A stretch of 64,000 nucleotides of DNA, from assembly GCA_951406725.2 (NCBI GenBank), contig OX597814.1:148428001-148492000 (forward strand), in the 5' to 3' direction. This document shows positions 41,781 through 53,286 of the stretch, piece by piece. Each line of letters opens with the position of its first letter. Positions within the stretch are counted from its first letter, which is position 1. Below the pieces are notes generated by a model. The model was not told where the DNA came from, did not search any database, and saw nothing but the letters and a program-made list of their open reading frames with translations. The position numbers and the translations under genes were made by a program. The DNA is from Octopus vulgaris (Eukaryota).

Positions 41781-42651
41781 GGTGGTATTAATAACACACA
41801 AGTATGGATACAGGACATCCGTATACCGCAAGCCGACCTTCACTGGATGATACCTTAACTTCAATTCCCAGCATCCATACAGTCTAAAGAGAGGAATTGC
41901 TCAGTGACTACAACATCGAGTAATGAATATAAGTAGCAATCGTGATACCCAGCACGGAGAAATGATCAAGCTCAGTAACAATGTATTAAGCAACAACCAC
42001 CTCGAAAACATAATATCTACTCCAATTATGAAGAAAAGAGAGGTCGAAACCAATAAACTGTCAATATTGTGTCTACCCTATGCAAAAGCCCTCTCCTATA
42101 TGTGGCCCATATGACATCAGGACAGTATTCAAATGTAAGACAACACTTCACAAATATCTCTTTCGTGTAAAACCACCAATAGAAGAGAATATGACCAAAA
42201 ACTGCGTGTACTCTATCTCATGCAGTTGTGGTATGTTATACAAAGTCGAAACATGACGCCCCATAAAATAAAGGCAGACGAACATCGCAAAGCTATGACA
42301 CGAGGTGATATTGATAAATCGGGTATAGCGTTAGGGTTAGGGTTGGATATAGCTGACCATGTATGAAAAAACGGAGTCCACCTCTCTCTGTGGGATGATG
42401 TTAAAATAATACAAAGACAACACTGGAAAATATGAAAGCTAAAAGAAGCAGCGCCTATGCTAGGACACGACAATCCCATAATCAGACCGAGTACATATGT
42501 GAATAGTATATGGGAACCAGTATTAAGAAAGGATAGGAAAATATTAGATATATAAGCCCTAAAATTCACTCTATAATTGACCACGACCCTATGGTTGAGA
42601 GCGCGGACTACTTACTCCAAGATTCCGAGTTCGATTCCGAGCAGTGTCCTG

Positions 42652-42691
42652 AATAATAATAATAACAATAATAATAATAATAATAATAATG

Positions 42692-42755
<64 letters not shown>

Positions 42756-42775
42756 TGATGATGATGATGATGATG

Positions 42776-42826
<51 letters not shown>

Positions 42827-42840
42827 GCAATAACAACAAC
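42652..42840. repeat. (AAT)n/(GAT)n expansion inside the pLTR
   Basis: Directly visible; much shorter in the other two copies. Confidence 0.95.
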
Positions 42841-42888
42841 ATCGAAAAATACCTTAGGAATGAGAACCCAGGTTCAAAATTTCACCAA

Positions 42889-42933
42889 GACACCTGATGA
42901 AGGCTGGAGGGTATAACAGCCGAAATTTGTGTT
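42889..42933 (+). ncRNA. Minimal type-I hammerhead ribozyme (Penelope pLTR copy 3)
   Basis: GACAC-CUGAUGA-A-GGCUG(10 nt)CAGCC-GAAA-UUU-GUGUU: intact core and stems I/II; stem III eroded (three-copy consensus GAAACGUU). Confidence 0.75.
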
Positions 42934-44717
42934 AACAAGATGGAAACAAATATAAATAATGTAAATAATGTAGATTATTCCTCATCTTTTAAATATAAAT
43001 GTGACTAAGTTTTTTAACAGAAATCTACCAATCACACATTATTACAATTGATGTAATTACTGTTTAACTTGAAAATTTCTCATTAAGATAAATATATATA
43101 TGTATATTCTGGCTCTCGCTAGAAATGATTACGGCGAGATTTGGAGGTAAGGTGGTGTCATGGATGATAAGAAAAGACACGCATCCAGTATGGGTGACTA
43201 ATAGGTTGTTCACATGAATGGAGATGCTTTTATTATCATAGGAAAAGACGTGATAGTTAAAACTTATTTATAAAAAATAACGACTCTTGTACACTGGTAG
43301 TTGTGTACCTAGTAATGATTTGCTTTTTCAAAAAAGTTACGAATGATAGGAATCTACTCTATCCCTTCAATTCAGTATGAACCAATATCACACTTCACAG
43401 AGAAACAAATATTTCTTCTTTTTAGAATGTGAAAATTTAAAGAGCATTATATAAGCTCCCGCCACGGTGGATCTGCAACATAAGCGCCCGAAATAATTTG
43501 AAAATGCATGCATTAATTGAAAATATAGGAAGCAGAATATGGCCTAGTAAAAAGGGTAATAGATCCTCCTAGGACATGAGACAAATAAAGAAAAAACATA
43601 ACTAATATATTTTAGATTGAGATGATTAGAGCAGAAAGATAGCGCGCTTCACCATTGTCTTATAAGTTATAGTTTGAAATATTACTGAGTACAGTGTAGG
43701 TCAGAGGTCAGAAATTCCTGGATAAGTGCTTTGAAGTACACTTATCTTTTAAAATAAAATCCCATCGACGTCATGTTTTAGTTTCTACTTAACGAGACTA
43801 TAAAATAGTTAGCAATAATATACGAGTTTGATTTATCCGAAGCCACTAATCCCCACAAACTGATGAAATTGTTACAATATTATTCCGAGTTAAATTCAGC
43901 AATTATAACACACCCGTGCAAAAGTTGTTTTTACTATTTCATTATTCTTATTATATAAACTATTAAATCTCATATCTTGGATTAATGTGCAGTCTTTATT
44001 GAACCATTTATAATTTGATTCGGGATTAAAATCCATTATTTGAAAATTGCGTATTTTAAAACCATGTATTTGTCTTGGTTTGGTATTCCTCCATAAACGA
44101 ATTTAATTATCTTAATTATCATGTTGGATGCGAAAAGCTCTTTTATTTTCAGTAAATTATGGTTCTTTCCGAAGCTCTGCCTTGCATTATAGGAACGAAA
44201 ATGTACCTGTTATCTTAATGCAAATGTTGTTCTAGAAACAACCACATCGCACAATCATTTCATCAAAATTAATCTAGATTATAAGATTACTTCCAGCCTC
44301 TCACGATAATCATTTAAAGAATTTTAATATCCAACCCCAATATATTGTGCAATTACAGTACTTAAGTTGTTAGCCGACTATAGTACTGGCATTTTCCGAA
44401 TCATCGCTATAATGTCTTACTGAATACCTCTTAATTTATGCGTTCGTTTATTGTCATCCGTGTATTCAAACTAAAGACACAGATTCGAATCTATTTATTT
44501 TCTAATTACGACTAAGATCCAGATAAACGGTGATAAATCCTCTGGATAATATGTTGTCCATTCTGTTTGTTTTCCCCTTTCTTTAGTAGTGTTAATTGTA
44601 TTGTTCTTTGAGACCTATAAACAAAGTGCCCAATATCAAAGTGTTGCAACAATGCATAATGGATTTCCCCAACTGAAAATATTTTGTAAGAAAATGTTTC
44701 ATACACCATTTACTTAC

Positions 44718-44918
44718 TAGAATGGATTTTCTGCAGAAGAATTGTGAAAACCTTTATTACACGAAGGGCGAAAACACCAGTGGTTCGATCTCCTGAGGTT
44801 TCTAACAATTTCACTATAACACATTTCGATGGAATACTGATTTCAAATTTCGGCAAAATGCCGGCAATATCGGCGGAAGTGGTAAAATGCATTGTTCCTG
44901 ATGCTCTTGTTATCGAAC
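44718..44918 (-). other. Candidate orphan internal exon, 201 nt, phase 1-1, open frame
   Basis: Polypyrimidine acceptor CTGCCTTTCCTTTTTTTAG at 44919, donor GTAAGT at 44717-44712; reads SITRASGTMHFTTSADIAGILPKFEISIPSKCVIVKLLETSGDRTTGVFALRVIKVFTILLQKIHS. No homology recognised. Confidence 0.25.
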
Positions 44919-44979
44919 CTAAAAAAAGGAAAGGCAGAATTTTTTTTTCAAAAGTTAAAGAGTAAAGCCATTAATTATT

Positions 44980-45378
44980 TTGCCCGGCACGCTTACGTTT
45001 CTTATTTCTTTATTGCCCACAAGGGGCTATTCATAGAAGGGAGAAACCAGAACACTGGTACTTAATTTATCGACCCCGAAAGGATGAATGGCAAAGTCGA
45101 CCTCGGCGGAATTTGAACTCAAAACGTAACGGCAGACGAAATACACCTTTTTCTTTACTGCCCACAAGAGGCTACACACAGAGAGGACAAACAAGGACAG
45201 ACAAACGGATTAAGTCGATTATATCGACCCCAGTGCGTAACTGGTACTTAATTTATCAACCCCGATAGGATGAAAGGCACAGTCGACCTCGACGGAATTT
45301 TAACTCGGAACACAGCGGCGGACGAAATACTACAAAGCATTTTGCCCGGCGTGCTAACGTTTCAGCCAGCTCGCCGTC
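44980..45378 (-). mobile_element. SINE family A, partial tandem (core present twice)
   Basis: CTGGTACTTAATTTATC.ACCCCGA.AGGATGAA.GGCA.AGTCGACCTCG.CGGAATTT at about 45055 and 45241. Confidence 0.88.
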
Positions 45379-46261
45379 ACAGATTTCGCTAAAATTGTAT
45401 TCTTCTCATGGTCACAAATTTGTTGGTGTTGAAAGTAAGTAGTTTTCTTATCTTTCTCAAAGGTATTCGAGGGAAGGTAAATAAAGCTTTTGAACAGATG
45501 TTGAAGTTCTGAAAATGCACTCGGTTTCACCAGTTGAAGTGTTAGTCTTCTGCAGCACTTGTTCCGCTTTACCTTTTATATCCGCAGTTATGTGAAGGTA
45601 ACGTTATATTTTATGACGTATAAAATCACTGAAACTGCATTTGCTGCAAGTATACATAACATTAGGGACGGATATGCTAACTTCATTTATCTTTCTGATC
45701 AGATGGAAGCCATATTATGATAATCATACCGACTAAACACGGAATGTGCCTTACGGTGTTGTTCTGTTCGAAAATATTGATTTTTCACGACCTAAAAATT
45801 ACAGTCTCTGCATGCATTGCAAAATTGGTAACATTTGTGTCAAACAGAAAATTTGTTCTACCGTCTCAGGGTAATTTTCTTTGTTCTCTTTTTACACTTG
45901 CTGTTTAATAATAATTGTGATATAGGTATAATTTTCAGAATGTTTTTTTTTTTTATATAGGTATATTGACAACTATCATGTTTGCGAGATAGTGTAGGTT
46001 GATTCGTTTCTAAAATGCAATTGTGACTGAGATAATTATATAAAATTTAGTGCAAAAGAGTCTGAGTGTTCCGGTGTATATTGTAAATAATCCACTCGGA
46101 AAATATTTGAAATATAATTGTTATAACTGAAAAGTATTTACTGGCCAGACATAAGTTACACTTAATGAAAAGAATAAAAGTGTAAGAAATTTGATAAATA
46201 CATATAAACCAATGCATTCTCATATATCGAGCCATTCAGATATGCACATGTATATAGACAT

Positions 46262-46430
46262 AGCCGCAGAAATGACTGTGTGGTATAAAATTTGCTTCTT
46301 AACAATATGGCTCTCCGTTTGGTTCCGGGTTCAACGTAGCATATTGGGTGTTTTCTACTATAGCTTCAGGCCGACCAAAGCCATGTGAGTGGATTCCGTC
46401 AACGGAAACTGAGAAACGGAAGTCGTGTAT
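46262..46430 (+). mobile_element. SINE family B head, decayed
   Basis: GACTGTGTGGTA..GGTTCCGGGTTCA..TTCTACTATAGC..GGCCGACCAAAGCC.TGTGAGTGGATT..ACGGAAACTGA. Confidence 0.75.
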
Positions 46431-47479
46431 ATACACTTACAATACATGTGTCTCTGCGCTTGCATGCTTGTGGCCCAAAAGTTCCAGTCTTCTGCTCTTG
46501 ATCATAATGCTAGAAATTCGATTCCAGTTCCACACATTTAGTTGTGTCGTTAAGCAAGGTGCATCGCCCCACTTAAGCCCTTTCTAGATTACTCAAAACA
46601 ACTACAAACTGAATTCTTGTGCCGTCTATTTATTTTCTTTTTTCCCGTTTCTATCGGAATTAAGTCAAAGTGACTGCGAGTTGACTTGGAGAAGCATGCC
46701 TTCGACCACGTATAATCACCAAATAACTTATTGGCTGAAAAGAGACTCCATTCAACTCCATCACCAGTATTTAAATGGGATTGGTTTGTCATCAATTTTA
46801 TTAGAAATTTAATTTGAGACGTAACTGTAACTATCATCTACGACAGAAGAGTATAAACAAGAGACAGACTACCTGAGAGAGATACTTTAATATTTTAAGT
46901 GCGAGTTTTGAGGATGTGTCTTTTTGTTACTATGTGGCAATGTCACATTACCTGTCGTAAATTCATGGTCGGGACTGAAAATATAATCAATTATTTGTAG
47001 GGACGCGGTAATTCGTTATGCAACCATGATAGACTATAAAGTATATTGAACGTTTTTTTAAATGTCAATACCGTGTCTTACTGTGTTAGCAACGCGATTT
47101 TCCTCACTTTTCAAGATTATCTCCAAAGATATTCAACAGAAATTTTTGGAAATTATATAGAAATCAGTATTGGCTATAATTTCTATCAAATATTTGTAGA
47201 GATAATCTTAACAAGCAAAATTATAATACAACAGTTCAGTATTAGAACCCATCATCTTTTGTGTGTTTGTCTGTGTAAGCCCTTGCCTTGCCATCACATT
47301 AAGTTTGTAAACGAACATAACAGCCGTATAGGCCTTCATGTTCGTAGCAAAGGTGTGCAGCTCTAGAGCACCTACGACAACAAATTACTTGTGACATTAC
47401 AGTGATGATGATGATGATGATGATGATAAAGATGATGTGGAGGAGGTGGAGGAGGTGGAGGAGGAGGATGAAGATGATG

Positions 47480-47900
47480 TTCTTTAAATGCATGGAATAC
47501 AAGAACGCCAACTATTTAAGAAGTTTGCTTTGGCTTTATGATGCGCTGTTTACATCGCATTACATGGTGTCGTAGTCAATTTGTTTTCTTATTCAGGTAG
47601 AGCGACGTCTTCTCATTGGAATTAAATTGACAGAATTTATTTTATTTAATGAGTAGGAATTTCATCAAATGAATGCACATCGTCGAAAACGACGGAGGAT
47701 CTCGGATCATCACTTTTTAATGTAATAAGAGCTACATTGTCACATATGTCACATATATGTGTGAATTCATGTGCCTCCTTCTCTTCATACGTCAACAAGT
47801 TTTCGTTTCGCATAAAAGACTTTTTTTTTCTATTCTTTTGCTGAAATTTCAAATAACCAATGGAATGCGAAATATTATTGTCTCCATTTCAGTAATTCTG
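47480..47900 (-). pseudogene. Possible decayed Polinton/Maverick-type polB N-terminal region (endonuclease VII-like motif)
   Basis: LTYEEKEAHEFTHICDICD, then TAHHKAKAN and VLVFHAFK across frameshifts, resembling LT.EE...F....C.IC..DH.H...AH..CN...VVFHN; motif-level only. Confidence 0.3.
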
Positions 47901-48634
47901 CCATCAATCCAAAGAAGAAAGAAGATAATATATGAAAAAATATGCAAAAGTACTTAGAAAGCATAGAAATAAGGCACAAAGACAGGAGGCTGGGTTTTGA
48001 AACAATATTTCTTTTATATGATTATATATTAATTGATAATATCACTATCTGAGCAGCTGTTACCATCTAAAATAACTGCTACAACGCCATTAGCTTGCTT
48101 TGATAAAGTAAGATTCGATATGAAATCATTCTGTTTCTACTCTTTTAATAAATAGCTTAGAGCGCTTTAATTCTCCTCTTCTCATCATACACACAGACAC
48201 ACACTCCGGTGGATTTTTGTTCATTTATTAAAAGTGGTCTTTGTTGATGAAATCCTTTCAATAATCATGCAAGCGCAACTTTTGCTTTATTTTTGTTTCT
48301 TCAAGTGTTAGTACTTTTATAGAAATCTCCTCCCATTTCTCGAATGCATTCTATTCTATCCTCTTTTTTTTATTTCTTTCTCATGTATTCTCTTGAATTC
48401 CAGTCTATCAATGCTCGCTCGTGGGTTAAATTATCTGGTGTTTCCTAGTAACACGATCAATGATAGCACTTCAGTTATATTCTTTTTGCAGAATACCAGC
48501 TGGATCGCAGATAACTAGGAAGGAAAATTTCCTTGCTTGCTTTTCTCATTTAATTTGTTTTTGACGATGAATCGTTCTCGCGTATTAGATACAAAATTCC
48601 AATTTATTTTTCTCTTTATATGAATTTATTCTTC

Positions 48635-48830
<196 letters not shown>

Positions 48831-50983
48831 GTTCTATTTTCACCGCTATCAATGCTATAATCATTAATGCCACGCCTCTAATAGGAGATTGCCACAACCT
48901 GCACCATAACGACATTTACTTCCGATTCACATTCAGTATCAGAGCCTTAACTTAATTTTCGTTGTAGTCATCAAATCAAACAGCTCTTGAATGTCCTGGA
49001 AATGGTTGCACTTACACGAAATGCATTCCATCATGTTTACATATTTTGTTTCTAATGATACCAGTGAATCATCGTTTCTTAAAGGTTTCGCTACACATTA
49101 GGCTCAATAATTACAAACACTACACTATATTTATTAAATAATAAAATAAACTCCGAAAATAGTAAATTAATGTTATAAATAGCAAGATTCAATTAACTTT
49201 ATTTACGAGTTATGAGCTCTTTGGATTAATAGGCTATAAAATGATAGATATTATGTGTTTTTTATGTAATTATTATTTTCAAAGTAAACACATTTTACGA
49301 AGATTAGTAATTATTTCTAAGGTAATGAAACAAGGGGGAGTATTTGTTTAATCGACACCCCAGCCGCACTCGAGTGATGCTTTTGTTATAGGCTTGAAAA
49401 CTATTAAAGTCAAAGTCTAATGTGGAATATTTTGAAATCAGAAATGCAAATGAACATAAAAACATGCCATAGATAATATCATTTTCCATCGGAACTATAC
49501 TATCTAATTACGCCAAATTTATAAAGATGATTAATAGTATATCATAGTGTGCACTTCACTAAAGACTTATAATCTAAGAAGGCATTTTAGCTTTTAAATT
49601 TAGAACCCAAACATTTTCTCAAACCGCAGGGTTCCGTTAATAAAATTAAAATATATACATTGAATACTACTTACCTTGTCTTAAAAAATGTGAAACTATC
49701 ACAGAAGGAATACTTTTGATTATTATTCTCCTGCATCAGTATTGATTTTGCTGCTCATTCTGAGAGTCAGTCCATTTACCTCTAAATACTTAAAACATAC
49801 GGTCATTATAATCTCATGTAAAAGATGACATCACTTAAAAAATGCGTTCTATTTCCTTGAAATGGCAAATTTAACATTATTTTTAAAATATATCTATCAT
49901 AATGGAATGCATTGTGTATGTGTTCACAGCTGTTAGTTTGATATTACCTAGCAGCTGTAGTTAGAATACCTACAGATATGCTGGCGGAACAAACGCGAAA
50001 CCTTATTAATTTTAAATGAAAAGTTTGGAAGGTCTAGAGAGAGTTAACAGAGTTTCAACGACGAGAATGCGGCACAGGCGAATCCCAAAACACTCAAAAC
50101 TACTTTATATGAACATCAATAGCAATAAATTGAATTGTATACGCAGGAAAAGATTATAGATTGCATTATGTTAACATATCATTAGCATCTTCAGAAATTA
50201 ACTATTAAACCGAGCCAACGTGAAATACTATACTTGATTTCGCTAGATGCCACAAGTAAACACCCTACCTCCCCTAAATTATACTCTACATTCGCGAAAA
50301 ACGCAGCAGGAACATATTGGAAATTTCATCCAAGATATATATAAGTATGAACACATGATGTAAGTTGCTTGATCATATCTCGCTTCTCTCTGTATTTATT
50401 TGAAGCAAAGCATTATATATAACTACGAACTCAAACGACAAATTCTGATCATTTACAAACACAGGAAAGTCAAATCACCGCATATTCATTTTCTATCAAA
50501 ATAACATGCTTCATGATGATACAAATAATAGAGGTTGGTCCGTGGTCAGTCATTCAGTTACATATAGTTATCAACTCTTGCCGAAATTGCATCCTACCCA
50601 CTTGAATGACATTAAATATTGTAATCGCAGATATTGTGCAGTGTGGGAAGAAAAAATTCGAGAGAACGGTCCTAACTCGGATGCTTTTGAACTTTTGGTC
50701 ATAAAATGACGTTAGTGGTGGTTTAAAGCCAAGCAGAATTAATGCGGTTGATTATAGTTCTACTCGAGCAATTGATCACTTCATTACTGACCGAAGGATA
50801 AAACCCATCAAAAACTATCAACAATTGAATCAGCAACTACATATGTTTCATAAAACAGACGTTCATTTACAATGATAAATTTACACACCATATTTGCTGT
50901 CAAAATGCCATCATTCTTACGATAGTAATAATGGTTTCAAATTTTGCCACAAAGACAGTAGTTTTAAGGATGGCATGAGTCGA

Positions 50984-51143
50984 TTACATCGACCCCCGTG
51001 TCCAACTGGGACTTATTTTATGGACCTCCAAAAGGATAAATGACAAAGAGGACCCTGGCGGAATTTGAACTCAGAACGTAGCGACAGGCGAAATGCGCTA
51101 AAATTTCGTCTAACGCGCTAACGATACTCCCAGCTTGCCGCCT
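50984..51143 (-). mobile_element. SINE family A
   Basis: ATCGACCCC..CAACTGG.ACTTATTTTAT..GGCGGAATTTGAACTCAGAACGTA..CAGCTTGCCGCC. Confidence 0.82.
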
Positions 51144-51398
51144 TAAATGATACGCATAATAACATTGAGACGTTATATGAACATCCATTCTCTAATATGA
51201 AATAATTTCTCAATATACTCAATGCCTGCCTTTTCAATCAATAAGTTCACATATTTGGCATTTCGATAGATTATTTAAATTCATGATGTTAGCTGTCTTT
51301 TATAGTATTCTAAACTATTGCATTTCAAATTTCCGTTTAAATAAAAACAATACTTACGTCTGAATGCGCGCATACGCATGCACACACTCACACAGACA

Positions 51399-51444
<46 letters not shown>

Positions 51445-52080
51445 TAAGCATGTATATATATATATACATGTATATGCATATATATGCATATTTATATGTA
51501 CATATATATATATATATGTCTGTGTGTATGTGTGTCTGCGTGTATGTGAGTGCGAGTGCATATGTGTGTGTGTATCTGTGTGTAGAGAAAGAGAAAGATT
51601 AAATAATCGATTCATTCTTTCATTCAATGATGTGTATGTGTGTATACGAATACATGTTTGATAAGGAGTGCGAAAGAGTAATAGAGGTGGGAGAGAAAAA
51701 AGAGGAGAGTGAGTACACATAAGTATGAATGTGTTATTTTCATATAATATGTGTCTATACTACCGTGTTCATCCCTCGAGCGATACTGACAGCTTCGATG
51801 GTGAATTTTTTTCCTATGTTACTTTGTATCTTAAATTTGGGTCAAGTTTTTCAAAATGTGGTCAGGTTTGAAATGTTTATATCTGTGAAGAGCGAAATAT
51901 TGATTAAAATAACTTTACATATATACTCTGCACCCAAATAAACACCATACACCATACACATGTGTATATAAATATTTGTGAACTTATACGTTTATATGTT
52001 GTATGTATAGATTTTCGCTTTCAAAGAACGTTTACATATATTTCCGTGAGCATACGTATGTCTTTGCACATGTGTATGCA

Positions 52081-52116
<36 letters not shown>

Positions 52117-52136
52117 GATTTTATATTTATATATAT

Positions 52137-52177
<41 letters not shown>

Positions 52178-52319
52178 TAGTATATATTATGCAATCTTCG
52201 GTTCATAGTATAGTCATAGACTGATATATATATATATATATATATATATAGTATAGATAGATAGAGAGAGAGAGAGAGAGAGTGAGACATATTTACATTT
52301 ACACCAGGCACATTTATAT

Positions 52320-52505
52320 AGATAAGAAAAGAACTCATGAATTTGTTAGGGAAATCCAGGCCATGATTGACAATGATCTCTCCAAGTCAATCAGGTCCAC
52401 CGCCTGGGACAGGGGAGTCTCTGATATTCTTATCAGGTACGTACAGCATGAAGTCATTCGGTATTCCTCCTACAAGATAAGAAAGGGCAAATTTTTATCA
52501 CTTGC
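52320..52505 (+). mobile_element. maT/DD37D-like transposase N-terminal fragment
   Basis: KKRTHEFVREIQAMIDNDLSKSIRSTAWDRGVSDILIRYVQHEVIRYSSYKIRKGKFLS. Confidence 0.65.
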
Positions 52506-52537
52506 TATATATGTATACATATGTATTTATATGAACG

Positions 52538-52595
<58 letters not shown>

Positions 52596-53215
52596 AGTAT
52601 TTGTGTGTGTGTGTGTGTGTGTACAACAAGAATTAATATTAGTTTCTTTTTTGTAGAAACTAAAGTGTTTATAGGATTGGATAGGAAGTGCTCAGATATG
52701 AATTGGACGAAGATAAAGAAGCATTGGTTATAGAACAAGCATTCAATTTAGGTCAACGACTTTACATACAACACGACCCCTCTAAGATTTAGTCATATAT
52801 AAAATCGCCATGGCTTTAAACACATAAAAAATGATACATATATATAAAATCACAGAAGATAAAAATATATAATCGAATAATATACAAATAGAACGATCTA
52901 TCAAAAAGTTTATATATGACTAAAAGTTCATAAACAACCAAAATACCTAATAGACAAATATTAAATAAAGATAAAAATAAAATGAAATATATGTCCACCG
53001 ACTAAACAGTTTTATTAGACGTTTAATTTTTAGAAAAATATTTGAAAAAAGTCTTATAATTCCCTCACACAAGTGCATCAAGAGTTCATAATTAAACAGA
53101 CTTCCACCGGTCAAATTTACATACATCTTTGAAACAGTATTTTGCTCCCCTCCCACAAGTGCATCTAAAAGTTCATGATAAACAGACTCCACACGTCAAA
53201 TTCAACATTCACATA

Positions 53216-53286
53216 TATCTATGGCCATTTCGGGAGCTCACCACCGCAGATCATTTACACTAAATGAGGACCTTCTCATCAGGATA
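53216..53286 (-). ncRNA. Minimal type-I hammerhead ribozyme with long stem II
   Basis: UAUC-CUGAUGA-[44 nt including UCAUUUA/UAAAUGA hairpin]-GAAA-UGGCCA-UA-GAUA; palindromic stem III; base of stem II imperfect. Confidence 0.7.

Larger units (their letters stand above)
41790..42995 (+). mobile_element. Penelope-like element 3' portion (RT C-terminus, GIY-YIG, pLTR)
   Basis: TSVYRKPTFTG*YLNFNSQHPYSLKRGI, ILCLPYAK, KNCVYS..SCG, EHRKA, KEAA; then tRNA-like head, (AAT)n and HHR. Confidence 0.9.

Noticed and set aside
42580-42650. Genuine tRNA gene (also the SINE heads)
   Set aside because: A/B boxes are present but I cannot fold a full cloverleaf, and the segments are embedded in multicopy elements.
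46589-46837. 82-aa non-repetitive minus-strand ORF
   Set aside because: No recognisable domain or supporting exon chain; such a length is expected by chance.
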